A stretch of DNA of 64,000 nucleotides from Alphaproteobacteria bacterium UBA2903 (GTDB lineage: Bacteria > Pseudomonadota > Alphaproteobacteria > CAAGCB01 > CAG-977). A model generated the notes under the pieces. The model was not told where the DNA came from, did no database searches, and was given only the letters and a program-made list of their open reading frames with translations. Numbering within the stretch: the stretch's first letter is position 1; the number at the start of each line of letters is the position of its first letter. Of this stretch, positions 56,115-64,000 are shown in pieces. The translations under genes and the position numbers were made by a program. Where the stretch lies: assembly GCA_002349565.1 (NCBI GenBank), contig DEDN01000035.1, forward strand, positions 4,980 through 68,979. Reading direction: 5' to 3'.

Positions 56115-57425
56115 ATGCCGTCTTTGTTTGAAAATCAAGTCAAACGCCCGCTTGCGGACTTGTTGCGTCCGCAGGCGATTACGGACGTTGTGGGGCAGGA
56201 TCACCTGTTGAACCCCGACGCACCGCTGGGGCGGATGCTGATTACGGGCAAAGTAACGTCGTTTATTTTGTGGGGTCCCCCCGGATGCGGAAAAACGACC
56301 ATCGCGCGGCTGCTGGCGCACCATACGGATATGTATTTCGAACCGATTTCCGCCGTTTTTTCGGGGGTGTCGGACTTGCGCCGCATTTTCGACGAAGCCA
56401 AACAGCGCAGACAGTCGGGCAGGGCGACGATTTTGTTCGTTGACGAAATTCACCGCTTCAATCGTTCTCAGCAGGACGGCTTTTTGCCGTATGTCGAGGA
56501 CGGCACGGTCGTTTTGGTCGGCGCGACGACGGAAAACCCGTCTTTCGAGCTGAATGCCGCGCTGTTGTCGCGGTGCAAAGTCTTTGTGCTGAAGCGTTTG
56601 ACCGAGGATGCGTTGGAATCTATCATCAAACGCGCGGAACAGCAGGTCGGGCGCGCTTTGCCCGTGACGGACGAAGCCCGCGAACAGCTGAAATCCATGG
56701 CGGACGGCGACGGGCGGTATCTGTCCAATATGCTGGAAGCGCTGTTCGATTTGCCCGACCGCGATTTGGCGGAAGGTCCTTTGACCCCCGACAAGCTGTT
56801 GAGCGTCGTCGCCCAGCGTCCCGCTGTGTATGACAAGGACAGGGACGGACATTACAATCTGATCAGCGCGGTGCATAAATCTTTGCGCGGATCGGATCCC
56901 GACGCGGCTTTGTATTGGGTGGCGCGCATGGTTGCGGCGGGCGAGGATGTGAAGTACATTTTCCGCCGCTTGACCCGTTTCGCGGTCGAGGATGTCGGCT
57001 TGGCGGATCCGAACGCTTTGACGCAAGCCGTTTCGGCGTGGGAAGCGTATCAGCGGCTGGGTTCGCCCGAGGGGGATTTGGCTTTGGCTCAGCTGGTTGT
57101 GTATCTGGCGACCGCGCCGAAATCCATCGGCGTGTACAGGGCTTGGAATCAAGCGATGCAGGCGGCGCGGGAAACGGGATCTTTGATGCCGCCGATGCAC
57201 ATTTTGAATGCGCCGACCAAGCTGATGAAGCAGTTGGGCTATAACGCGGGGTATCAGTACGACCCCGACACGGCGGACGGCTTTTCGGGGGCGAACTATT
57301 TTCCCGACAAAATGTCGCGCCGCAAGTTTTATCAACCCGTCGAGCGGGGGTTTGAACGCGAAATCGCGAAACGCTTGGCTTATTGGGACAAATTAAGGAA
57401 AGAAAAAAATGCCGGTCAGTTTTGA
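56115..57425 (+). CDS. rarA: Replication-associated recombination protein A (AAA+ ATPase RarA/MgsA)
   Basis: ...ILWGPPGCGKTTIARLLA..., ...LFVDEIHRFNRSQQD..., ...GATTENPSFE... Confidence 0.93.
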   Translation: MPSLFENQVKRPLADLLRPQAITDVVGQDHLLNPDAPLGRMLITGKVTSFILWGPPGCGKTTIARLLAHHTDMYFEPISAVFSGVSDLRRIFDEAKQRRQSGRATILFVDEIHRFNRSQQDGFLPYVEDGTVVLVGATTENPSFELNAALLSRCKVFVLKRLTEDALESIIKRAEQQVGRALPVTDEAREQLKSMADGDGRYLSNMLEALFDLPDRDLAEGPLTPDKLLSVVAQRPAVYDKDRDGHYNLISAVHKSLRGSDPDAALYWVARMVAAGEDVKYIFRRLTRFAVEDVGLADPNALTQAVSAWEAYQRLGSPEGDLALAQLVVYLATAPKSIGVYRAWNQAMQAARETGSLMPPMHILNAPTKLMKQLGYNAGYQYDPDTADGFSGANYFPDKMSRRKFYQPVERGFEREIAKRLAYWDKLRKEKNAGQF

Positions 57426-58410
57426 AACAGTATCGCCCGATGACGGCGAAGTGCGTTTGGACAGATGGTTTCACCGCCATTATCCTCAGTTGACGCAGGG
57501 GCAGATTCAGAAAATGATTCGCCTAAAGCAAATCAAGGTGGACGGCAAACGCGCCGAAGCCAATCAGCGCGTCACCGCGGGACAAGTGATTCGCGTGCCG
57601 CCTTTACCCGAACGCGGGTCGCCCATGGGCGCGGCGAAAGAACGTCGGGAAAGCGTCGTTGTGTCCGACGAAGACGCGCGCTTTGTGCAAAGTCTGGTGA
57701 TTTACAAGGACAACGACGTTTTGGTGCTGAACAAGCCCGCGGGTTTGGCGGTGCAGGGCGGCACAAAGCAGACGCGCCACTTGGACGGCATGCTGTCGGC
57801 TTTGCGTTTCGGCAAGGATGAAAATCCGCGCTTGGTTCACCGCTTGGACAAGGACACCAGCGGCGTTTTGGTGCTGGCGCGCACGCCCGCGGCGGCGGCG
57901 AAACTGGCGGACGCTTTCAAATCCCGCGAAGCCAAAAAGGTCTATTGGGCTTTGGTGTTCGGCAACCCCGAGCTTAAAGAGGGAAAAATCAGCGCGAAAC
58001 TGCTGAAATGTTCGGGCGAACACGGCGGCGAAACGATGCGCGTCGACGACAAAAACGGGCAGAGCGCGGTGACATTGTACCGCGTTGTAGATGAAGCGTA
58101 CAAAAAGGCGGCTTGGCTGGAGCTGATGCCGCTGACGGGACGCACGCACCAGTTGCGCGTTCATTGCTTGACGATGGGACATCCGATTGTGGGCGACGAA
58201 AAATACAAAATCGACGGGCTGAAAGCCGATTATCTGAAATACGGCAACCGCCTGCATTTGCACGCGCGCGCTTTGCGCATGAAACTGCCGTCGGGCAAAA
58301 TGCTGGAAGTTTACGCGCCGCTGCCCGAAACCATGGCGGACAGTTTCGACTTTCTGGGCTTTGCGTACAAAAAGCCCGTCAACCCGTTCAAACAATTTCC
58401 GATAGATTGA
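57409..58410 (+). CDS. RluA-family 23S rRNA pseudouridine synthase (RluC-like, with an S4 domain)
   Basis: ...VRLDRWF... S4-like N-terminus and catalytic HRLDKDTSGVLVLA. Confidence 0.9.
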   Translation: MPVSFETVSPDDGEVRLDRWFHRHYPQLTQGQIQKMIRLKQIKVDGKRAEANQRVTAGQVIRVPPLPERGSPMGAAKERRESVVVSDEDARFVQSLVIYKDNDVLVLNKPAGLAVQGGTKQTRHLDGMLSALRFGKDENPRLVHRLDKDTSGVLVLARTPAAAAKLADAFKSREAKKVYWALVFGNPELKEGKISAKLLKCSGEHGGETMRVDDKNGQSAVTLYRVVDEAYKKAAWLELMPLTGRTHQLRVHCLTMGHPIVGDEKYKIDGLKADYLKYGNRLHLHARALRMKLPSGKMLEVYAPLPETMADSFDFLGFAYKKPVNPFKQFPID

Positions 58411-58420
58411 GGCGGATGAA

Positions 58421-60187
58421 ATGAAAAAAATTGCGGCATTGGTTGTTGTCTGTTTGCTGGTTTCGGCTGGCGCGGGGATGTATGCCCTGCGCGGAATGCT
58501 GAACGATTTTGAGCAGCAATGGACGGACGGACTGAAAAAACAGGGATGGACAATTGCTTTCAATGAAAAAGCGGAACTGCGTCCGTTGTCCGTCCAATAC
58601 AGGAATATTACCGTCGAAAACCTTGAAAACAAAGGAATGGCGACAATCGGAACGCTGCGCTTGAAACCGGACGCAATGTCGTTTTTGAGGGGAAAATTCT
58701 TTGTCAAAAAAGTTGTTTTGAGCGATGTTACCTTTTCATTCAAAAACGTGAAAGTCGATTTTCCCGTCGTCAAGCTGCTGATGCCGAAAGACGGGCGGAT
58801 AAATCTGTCGGGGCGTTTAGGCGCATACGACGATTTTTTTGCGTTTGACGGCGATTTTGACGGAACGAAGTTTGATTTGACGGTGAAAAGCGGCAATTTG
58901 TTTGCCGCTTTGTCGGGCAACACAACGGAAAACGGCATGGAATCGACGCTGAAAATCTCCGCCACGCAAACGCCTGTTCGGGGCGCGCCCGATCTGGCTG
59001 TTGCGGCGAAAATAACGACGGCGGGGGAGCAGGTTGAAATCCCGTCCTTTACGGTCAATTTGGGCGGACGGGGACGTACTTTGCTGAAAGCGGATGGACG
59101 CTTTGCCGATAAAACGCTGTCGGCGGATGTATCGGGAACGACCGATTCGATCGTTTTCGTTCCGCTGACTTACGCAGGAAAAATCAAAGCGTCGCAAAAT
59201 GAAACCGCCGTTGAAAAAATGACGCTTTCCGCAGGGGATTCGCGGGCGGTCTTCAGCTTTTTCAAATCAAGCGATACGTTGAATCTGGATGTCAAAGCGG
59301 GCGTTGTCGATTTGTCGCAGCTGCTGCCGGTTTTGGATATTCCCGCATTGCCTTTCCATACGGCGGGGCAGTCGGTTCCTTTTGCCGATAAAAAAGGAAA
59401 AATCGCCGTTTCTATCGAAAAACTGATCGGCGCGAACGGAAAAAACGTCGGACAGGCTGTTTTTTCGGCAAATCTGAAAAACGGCGTTTTGGACATTCCC
59501 GATTTTAAAATAGCGTCTTTTCTGACGGCGGCGGCAAAGCTTGACGCATCCGAGGCAGCGGCGGCAAATGCTTCGCTGGATATGCGGATGAATGCTTTTC
59601 CCGTTGCCGTCATCGGCTTTAAAAACGGATTGGAATCGGGAACGGTTGGCGGCGCGGTGCGCCTGAAAGCCCGGGCTGCCTCGATTGACGGGCTGCGCAG
59701 GGGATTGAACGGGAAAATCGCGCTGACGGCAAAAAACGTGTTTGTCAATGCCGGTCAAAGGCGTCAAAAACTGCCTGCCGTGTTGGAAATCGCGGACAAT
59801 GCGCTCAGACAGCCGCTGCATGTGTCGTGCGCCGTCGTCAACGTGCCGTTCGCCAAAGGTGTGATGACATCGGACAGGCGTATCGCCCTTCAGTCGGATT
59901 TGTTTGACGCGCAAATGAACGGAACGGCTGACTTTGGCAAAAACGTTCTGGATTTGACCGTCAAGGTCGCCCCGAAAAAAGACAATGCCGTCAGCGCCTT
60001 TTTGTCCGAGATTCTGATTACGGGAACGCCCGGCAAACCTGTTGCCCGTCTGAACGCGGACGTGGGATTGCAAAAAGCTTTGACCTACGGACTGGCATTG
60101 CTGCAAGGGGGCGCTTCCGCCGCAAAACAAGCCGTGCAGGACAAAATGCTGACGGATGTTTGCCAAACGGCTTTGCGTCCGCGCTGA
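58421..60187 (+). CDS. AsmA-family protein (N-terminal anchor, long beta-rich periplasmic region)
   Basis: MKKIAALVVVCLLVSAGAG TM anchor. 588 aa with the low-complexity beta-strand composition typical of AsmA-like proteins. No strict motif. Confidence 0.6.
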   Translation: MKKIAALVVVCLLVSAGAGMYALRGMLNDFEQQWTDGLKKQGWTIAFNEKAELRPLSVQYRNITVENLENKGMATIGTLRLKPDAMSFLRGKFFVKKVVLSDVTFSFKNVKVDFPVVKLLMPKDGRINLSGRLGAYDDFFAFDGDFDGTKFDLTVKSGNLFAALSGNTTENGMESTLKISATQTPVRGAPDLAVAAKITTAGEQVEIPSFTVNLGGRGRTLLKADGRFADKTLSADVSGTTDSIVFVPLTYAGKIKASQNETAVEKMTLSAGDSRAVFSFFKSSDTLNLDVKAGVVDLSQLLPVLDIPALPFHTAGQSVPFADKKGKIAVSIEKLIGANGKNVGQAVFSANLKNGVLDIPDFKIASFLTAAAKLDASEAAAANASLDMRMNAFPVAVIGFKNGLESGTVGGAVRLKARAASIDGLRRGLNGKIALTAKNVFVNAGQRRQKLPAVLEIADNALRQPLHVSCAVVNVPFAKGVMTSDRRIALQSDLFDAQMNGTADFGKNVLDLTVKVAPKKDNAVSAFLSEILITGTPGKPVARLNADVGLQKALTYGLALLQGGASAAKQAVQDKMLTDVCQTALRPR

Positions 60188-60197
60188 AAGGGATACG

Positions 60198-60653
60198 ATG
60201 TCGGAAAACGATTTGAAACGGCTGACCGAATACGCGCAAACGGACACTTTGCTGTATTTCGCGCCTTATCCCGAAAAGCTGACGGCGCTTCAGGAACGAA
60301 AATGGGGAGCGGTCATTGACGCTTTCAATGCCGACGGGGCGGATTTGAAGCCGACAAAAACTTTGACGGTTGCGGCAATCAGCCCGAAAACAGAACGCTT
60401 GATAAAGGAAAAACGGAACGCTTTGGGGGATGCCGCTTTGCCGTGGTTTTTCGAATTGGCGGGGGCTTACCGTTCCGTATTGCTGGCTTTTGCCGTATGC
60501 GAAGGCAAACTGTCCGAAGACGAAGCGTTCGCTTTGTCGAATTTGGAAGAATCGTATCAAAACGAATTGTGGCAGACGGATGCGGAAGCTTTGAAAGCCC
60601 GCGGGATTCGTCATGACGCTGCCAAAAACGCTTTGCGGCACATAAAAGGATGA
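60198..60653 (+). CDS. ATP12-family (F1-ATPase assembly chaperone-like) protein, short form
   Basis: 151 aa. ...DTLLYFAPYPEKLTALQERKW... and ...GAYRSVLLAFAVCEGKLSEDEAFALSNLEESYQNELWQTD... resemble the C-terminal half of alphaproteobacterial ATP12 proteins. Confidence 0.65.
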   Translation: MSENDLKRLTEYAQTDTLLYFAPYPEKLTALQERKWGAVIDAFNADGADLKPTKTLTVAAISPKTERLIKEKRNALGDAALPWFFELAGAYRSVLLAFAVCEGKLSEDEAFALSNLEESYQNELWQTDAEALKARGIRHDAAKNALRHIKG

Positions 60654-60657
60654 AACA

Positions 60658-60954
60658 ATGGAACAGGAAATCGCTCATATTCGCATTCACGGACGGGTGC
60701 AGGGTGTTTTTTACAGGCAATGGACAATGACCGAAGCGCGGGCAAGAGGATTGTCGGGCTGGGTCAGAAACCGCGTTGACGGAACGGTCGAAGCGATGTT
60801 CAAAGGCGATGCCGCCGCCGTGGCGGATATGATTCAAGCCTGCCGCCGCGGCAGTCCCCGCGCTTTTGTAACGAAAATAGAACACCAGTTGGTCTTTGAC
60901 GCCGATCCCGAACAAATCGTTGACGGCGAATTTGATCAAAAAAGAACGGTTTAA
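60658..60954 (+). CDS. acyP: Acylphosphatase
   Basis: ...IHGRVQGVFYRQWT...A...GLSGWVRNRVDGTVEA...G. Confidence 0.9.
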   Translation: MEQEIAHIRIHGRVQGVFYRQWTMTEARARGLSGWVRNRVDGTVEAMFKGDAAAVADMIQACRRGSPRAFVTKIEHQLVFDADPEQIVDGEFDQKRTV

Positions 60955-60960
60955 AACAGA

Positions 60961-61040
60961 CGACCGTTTGTTTTGACGAGTCGATGCGGTAAGTTTTATC
61001 GAGCATATCAAGTTCCTTTTTTTATTAAAACAAACGGTCG
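60961..61040. repeat. 14-bp perfect inverted repeat with a 52-nt spacer
   Basis: cgaccgtttgtttt (60961-60974) pairs with aaaacaaacggtcg (61027-61040). It lies between acyP and the glycosyltransferase gene. Confidence 0.85.
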
Positions 61041-61057
61041 ATTGTACCGCACCCGAA

Positions 61058-61969
61058 GTGTCCGTTATCATTCCCGTTTACAATTCGGAAAAGTATTTGA
61101 CGGCGGCTTTGGACAGCGTGCTGGCGCAGTCGTTTCGGAATTTCGAAGTTGTTTGCGTCGATGACGGTTCGACGGATTCCAGTCCCGCGATTTTGGACGC
61201 TTATGCCGCCAAAGACGCCCGCATCCGCGTCATCCATCGGAAAAACGGCGGCGGATCGGCGTCGCGCAACACGGGGCTGAACGCGGCAAAAGGGCGGTAT
61301 ATCGCATTTATGGACAATGACGATCTGTATCATCCCGATTGTTTGAAAATATTGCAAAGCGGGTTCTTGAAATATCCGAAAGCATGGGTGAGCGTCGGCG
61401 GTTTTGTTTGCTTTGACGACGGAAAAGATCCGAATTTTTCGCGGTCGAATTTCCGCTTTTGGCATTGTTATGCCAAACCGTTTTGGGCAAAGTACGTTTT
61501 TAAACGCCACATTCCGATGTTTATGTGGCTGAAGCTGTACAGGCGGGAATGCTTTGCGGACATTCGCTTTGACGAAAAATTGTCAAGCTCAAACGACTCG
61601 CTGCTGTTTTTGGAAATGCTGCTGCTGGACAAGCCTTTTGCCTGTACGCATTTTCCCGTTTACGCCTATCGTATGCATCCCGACCAGCAAAGCAGGAAAG
61701 TGTTTGACGAAAAAACGGAAGTCCCGCATTTTGTTCGCGCCGTCAGCCGTTTGGCGCAAAAAAGCGGGGGAATAAAGCGATTCGTTTTGGAACGTATTGC
61801 CGCAAAAGCGGTTCATACGGAGCTGCTGAAGCGGTTGAACAATCCGACGGAGGAACAACGGCGGCTCCGCAAGCGGATTTTAACGGAACTGCTGGCGGAA
61901 AAAGCTTTTGATTTGTCGCGTTTGTCGCGCCGCCGCCGTCAGGAGATCTTGAAAATTGTTGCCGAATGA
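61058..61969 (+). CDS. Family 2 glycosyltransferase
   Basis: GTG start. VIIPVYNSEKYL......SVLAQSFRNFEVVCVDDGSTD......ARN.G...A.G.YIAFMDNDD. Confidence 0.9.
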   Translation: MSVIIPVYNSEKYLTAALDSVLAQSFRNFEVVCVDDGSTDSSPAILDAYAAKDARIRVIHRKNGGGSASRNTGLNAAKGRYIAFMDNDDLYHPDCLKILQSGFLKYPKAWVSVGGFVCFDDGKDPNFSRSNFRFWHCYAKPFWAKYVFKRHIPMFMWLKLYRRECFADIRFDEKLSSSNDSLLFLEMLLLDKPFACTHFPVYAYRMHPDQQSRKVFDEKTEVPHFVRAVSRLAQKSGGIKRFVLERIAAKAVHTELLKRLNNPTEEQRRLRKRILTELLAEKAFDLSRLSRRRRQEILKIVAE

Positions 61970-62030
61970 AAAATTCGGTTTGATGCGAAAAACGTTAAAT
62001 GCCGTACCGCAAAAACGGCTGAAAACAACA

Positions 62031-62060
62031 AAAAACCCGTTTAAAAAAAAACGGGTTTTT
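62031..62060. terminator. Bidirectional Rho-independent terminator
   Basis: aaaaacccgt-ttaaaaaaaa-acgggttttt, between the glycosyltransferase gene (+) and the tRNA genes (-). Confidence 0.7.
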
Positions 62061-62067
62061 CGGTTAT

Positions 62068-62142
62068 TGGCTCCGCGAGTAGGATTCGAACCTACGACCA
62101 ATCGGTTAACAGCCGATTGCTCTACCGCTGAGCTATCGCGGA
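62068..62142 (-). tRNA. tRNA-Asn (GUU), CCA encoded
   Basis: The reverse complement folds as a cloverleaf: acceptor TCCGCGA/TCGCGGA, D-arm GCTC/GAGC, anticodon arm ATCGG-CTGTTAA-CCGAT, T-arm GTAGG-TTCGAAT-CCTAC, then G-CCA. Confidence 0.95.
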
Positions 62143-62151
62143 ATAATCCTT

Positions 62152-62225
62152 TGGAGGCCGAAACCGGAATCGAACCGATATCTAAGGATTTGCAGTCCTC
62201 TGCATAACCATTCTGCCATTCGGCC
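62152..62225 (-). tRNA. tRNA-Cys (GCA), CCA encoded
   Basis: Reverse complement: acceptor GGCCGAA/TTCGGCC, anticodon loop CTGCAAA, T-loop TTCGATT, discriminator U, CCA. The 3-bp D stem is typical of tRNA-Cys. Confidence 0.95.
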
Positions 62226-62256
62226 CCGAAGCGGTCAGTCCCTTAAGACAGACAAA

Positions 62257-62285
62257 CTTATAGCCCGCTTCGAAACGCAAGTCAA
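62257..62285 (-). promoter_or_regulatory. Candidate sigma70 promoter for the tRNA-Cys/tRNA-Asn unit
   Basis: The minus strand reads TTGACT-N17-TATAAG, with the -10 element ending ~31 nt upstream of the tRNA-Cys 5' end. Confidence 0.5.
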
Positions 62286-62373
62286 CAAAAAAATACATCT
62301 TTTTTTTCACTTTAACGATGCGGGGTTCTTTGCCATAATTTAAGCGGGATTTGATTGCAAAAGGTTTTTTCCG

Positions 62374-63051
62374 ATGTCTGCTTTTTCCGCCTTTGACGAG
62401 GCGCGGCAAAATATGCTGTTCGGTCAGTTGATCTGCAACAGGATTCAAAACACGGCTTTGCTGGACGCGATGGCGTCCGTTCGGCGCGAACTGTTCGTTT
62501 CCGAACGGTTGCGCGGAAAAGCGTATGCGGACGAACCGATTCCCGTCGGGCGGTCGCTGATGTTTTCGCCGCTGATGTTGGCTAATTTGATCGTGCTTGC
62601 CGATGTCAAAGCGGACGATTTTGTTTTGAATCTGCATGCGGGAACGGGATACAGCACTGCCGTTTTGGCGCGAATGGCGCATGCCGTCGTCGCTTTGGAA
62701 GACGATTCGGCTTTGTGCGAAAACGCGGAAAGAATCCTTATTGACGCCAAAACAGACAATGCGGCTTTGTTCAACCGCGCTTCCGAATCGGGTTTTCTGG
62801 AACAAGCGCCTTTCGACGTGATCTTTATCGACGGAACGGTTCCCCGGATTCCCGACGAAGTAACGAATCAGCTGGGCGACGGGGGGCGGCTGGTCGCCGT
62901 TTTGAGCGTTCCGGGCGAACCGGCGGGGCAGGCTGTCAAAATTGTCAAAAACAACGGAATCCTGTCTTGCACCAAAGCTTTCGATGTGGATCTGACGGTT
63001 TTGAATCGGGCGCGGACATACAAAAAATTTGTTTTTGAGGGGATTTCATAA
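62374..63051 (+). CDS. pcm: Protein-L-isoaspartate O-methyltransferase
   Basis: 225 aa. SAM-binding ...VLNLHAGTGYSTAVLARMA.... Precedes tolC, an arrangement I recall as common in Alphaproteobacteria. Confidence 0.85.
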   Translation: MSAFSAFDEARQNMLFGQLICNRIQNTALLDAMASVRRELFVSERLRGKAYADEPIPVGRSLMFSPLMLANLIVLADVKADDFVLNLHAGTGYSTAVLARMAHAVVALEDDSALCENAERILIDAKTDNAALFNRASESGFLEQAPFDVIFIDGTVPRIPDEVTNQLGDGGRLVAVLSVPGEPAGQAVKIVKNNGILSCTKAFDVDLTVLNRARTYKKFVFEGIS

Positions 63052-63151
63052 AAATTTGTTGATAAAAGACCGTGTTTAACGTTAAAAAAGAATGTTTTAC
63101 CTCTCTTGATTCTTTCAAGGGAACGTTTTGCTGGACGGAAAGGTGAGTCTG

Positions 63152-64000
63152 ATGACATCGAATCGACGGTTTGTAAAAAGTTTTCTGACAGGGGTTTCGT
63201 TTGTCGCCGTTTTGACGGCGGGAACGGGCGTTCGCGCCGAAACGCTGGATGAAGCGTTGGAATACACTTATGTCGCCAATCCTTCTTTGGCGGCGCAGCG
63301 GGCGTATGTCGGATCGGTCTACGAACAGATCAATGAAAGCAAATCGGGATACAAACCGACCGTTGCTGGACAGGCATCTTACGGTTATCTGTATCAGCGT
63401 TCGCGTTCCCGCCCGGGGTTTTCCGAAAATGAAAGCAAACCCGTCAATTTGGGCGTGAATGCCGTTCAGCCGCTGTTTTCGGGCTTTGGAACGGTTGCGA
63501 GCGTCAAAGCCGCCCGCCAAAAATTGGAAGCGGAAGAAGCCAAGCTGCGCGATATGGAACAATCCGTCCTGACGCAAGCCGCCGTAGCCTATACCGACGT
63601 GATTCGGGCGGTGGCGATGCTGAAGCTGAATCAGAACAACGAAGCCGTTTTGAAACGTCAGCTGGATTACACGCAGGACAGATTCCGCGTCGGCGAACTG
63701 ACGAAAACGGATGTCGCGCAAGCCGAAGCGCGCTATGCGGGGGCGGTGGCTTCGCGCATTCAAGCCGAAGGCAATTTGAAGGTTGCGTATGCCACTTATC
63801 AGGAAACGGTCGGCAAAATGCCCGACAAGGTTTTCGAACCCGAAGTTCCCGCGGCGAAACTGCCGCAGACTTTGGATGACGCGCTTGCCGTTGCAGAAAA
63901 ACAAAATCCGTCGATCGTCAATGCGCAAAAGCTTGCCGAACAGGCAAAAAGCGGCGTCGATGTCGCAAAGTCCGCGTATTATCCCAGTTTGAACCTGCAG
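63152..64000 (+). CDS. tolC: TolC-family outer-membrane channel, N-terminal part (continues past the window end)
   Basis: My own translation: MTSNRRFVKSFLTGVSFVAVLTAGTGVRAETLDEALEYTYVANPSLAAQRA...RFRVGELTKTDVAQAEARYAGA...AKSAYYPSLNLQ. The frame is open to position 64000. Confidence 0.85.
   Translation, partial: MTSNRRFVKSFLTGVSFVAVLTAGTGVRAETLDEALEYTYVANPSLAAQRAYVGSVYEQINESKSGYKPTVAGQASYGYLYQRSRSRPGFSENESKPVNLGVNAVQPLFSGFGTVASVKAARQKLEAEEAKLRDMEQSVLTQAAVAYTDVIRAVAMLKLNQNNEAVLKRQLDYTQDRFRVGELTKTDVAQAEARYAGAVASRIQAEGNLKVAYATYQETVGKMPDKVFEPEVPAAKLPQTLDDALAVAEKQNPSIVNAQKLAEQAKSGVDVAKSAYYPSLNLQ

Noticed and set aside
1-64000. Search for mobile elements, prophage genes, toxin-antitoxin pairs, restriction-modification or other defence modules, rRNA genes and CRISPR
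   Set aside because: No transposase, integrase, phage structural, nuclease/helicase defence-like or cas-like ORFs were recognisable in the six-frame track. The accessory content here is regulatory, transport and secreted-protein genes.

Overview
This window reads as chromosomal DNA from an alphaproteobacterium. That call is an inference from the r-protein sequences and from gene neighbourhoods recalled from memory: nuoN-birA-rnj, pcm-tolC, and chorismate mutase-hisC. No search was run.

Main content, in order:
- The distal spc ribosomal-protein operon (S17 3' end through L15), secY and adk.
- A roughly 6.4-kb block of four non-translation genes: an HExxH protein, an OmpR-type response regulator, a histidine kinase and an N-terminally truncated RND permease.
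- The alpha operon (rpsM-rpsK-rpoA-rplQ).
- glgP on the minus strand.
- A 12-gene, translationally coupled complex-I-like operon (nuoABCD-G-HIJKLMN). It has no nuoE or nuoF and its subunits are strongly divergent.
- birA, rnj and rnd.
- Housekeeping genes: alaA-like aminotransferase, 2-hydroxyacid dehydrogenase, uvrA, hisI, chorismate mutase, hisC, rarA, a pseudouridine synthase, acyP, pcm, and the 5' part of tolC.
- Accessory or secreted proteins: two paralogous HExxH proteins, two paralogous type-IV-pilin-like proteins, a Cys-rich secreted protein, an ankyrin-repeat protein, lipoproteins and a KamA-family radical SAM enzyme.
- tRNA-Asn and tRNA-Cys on the minus strand.

I saw no rRNA, CRISPR array, transposase or integrase.

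Most notable non-coding structure:
- A 22-bp near-perfect inverted repeat brackets the two-component genes. Each arm is a tandem 11-bp direct repeat.
- Downstream of the dehydrogenase gene, three tandem 17-nt mini-hairpins are followed by two tandem ~117-nt cloverleaf-like elements.

All calls come from by-eye reading of the ORF track and the sequence. No database search was run.
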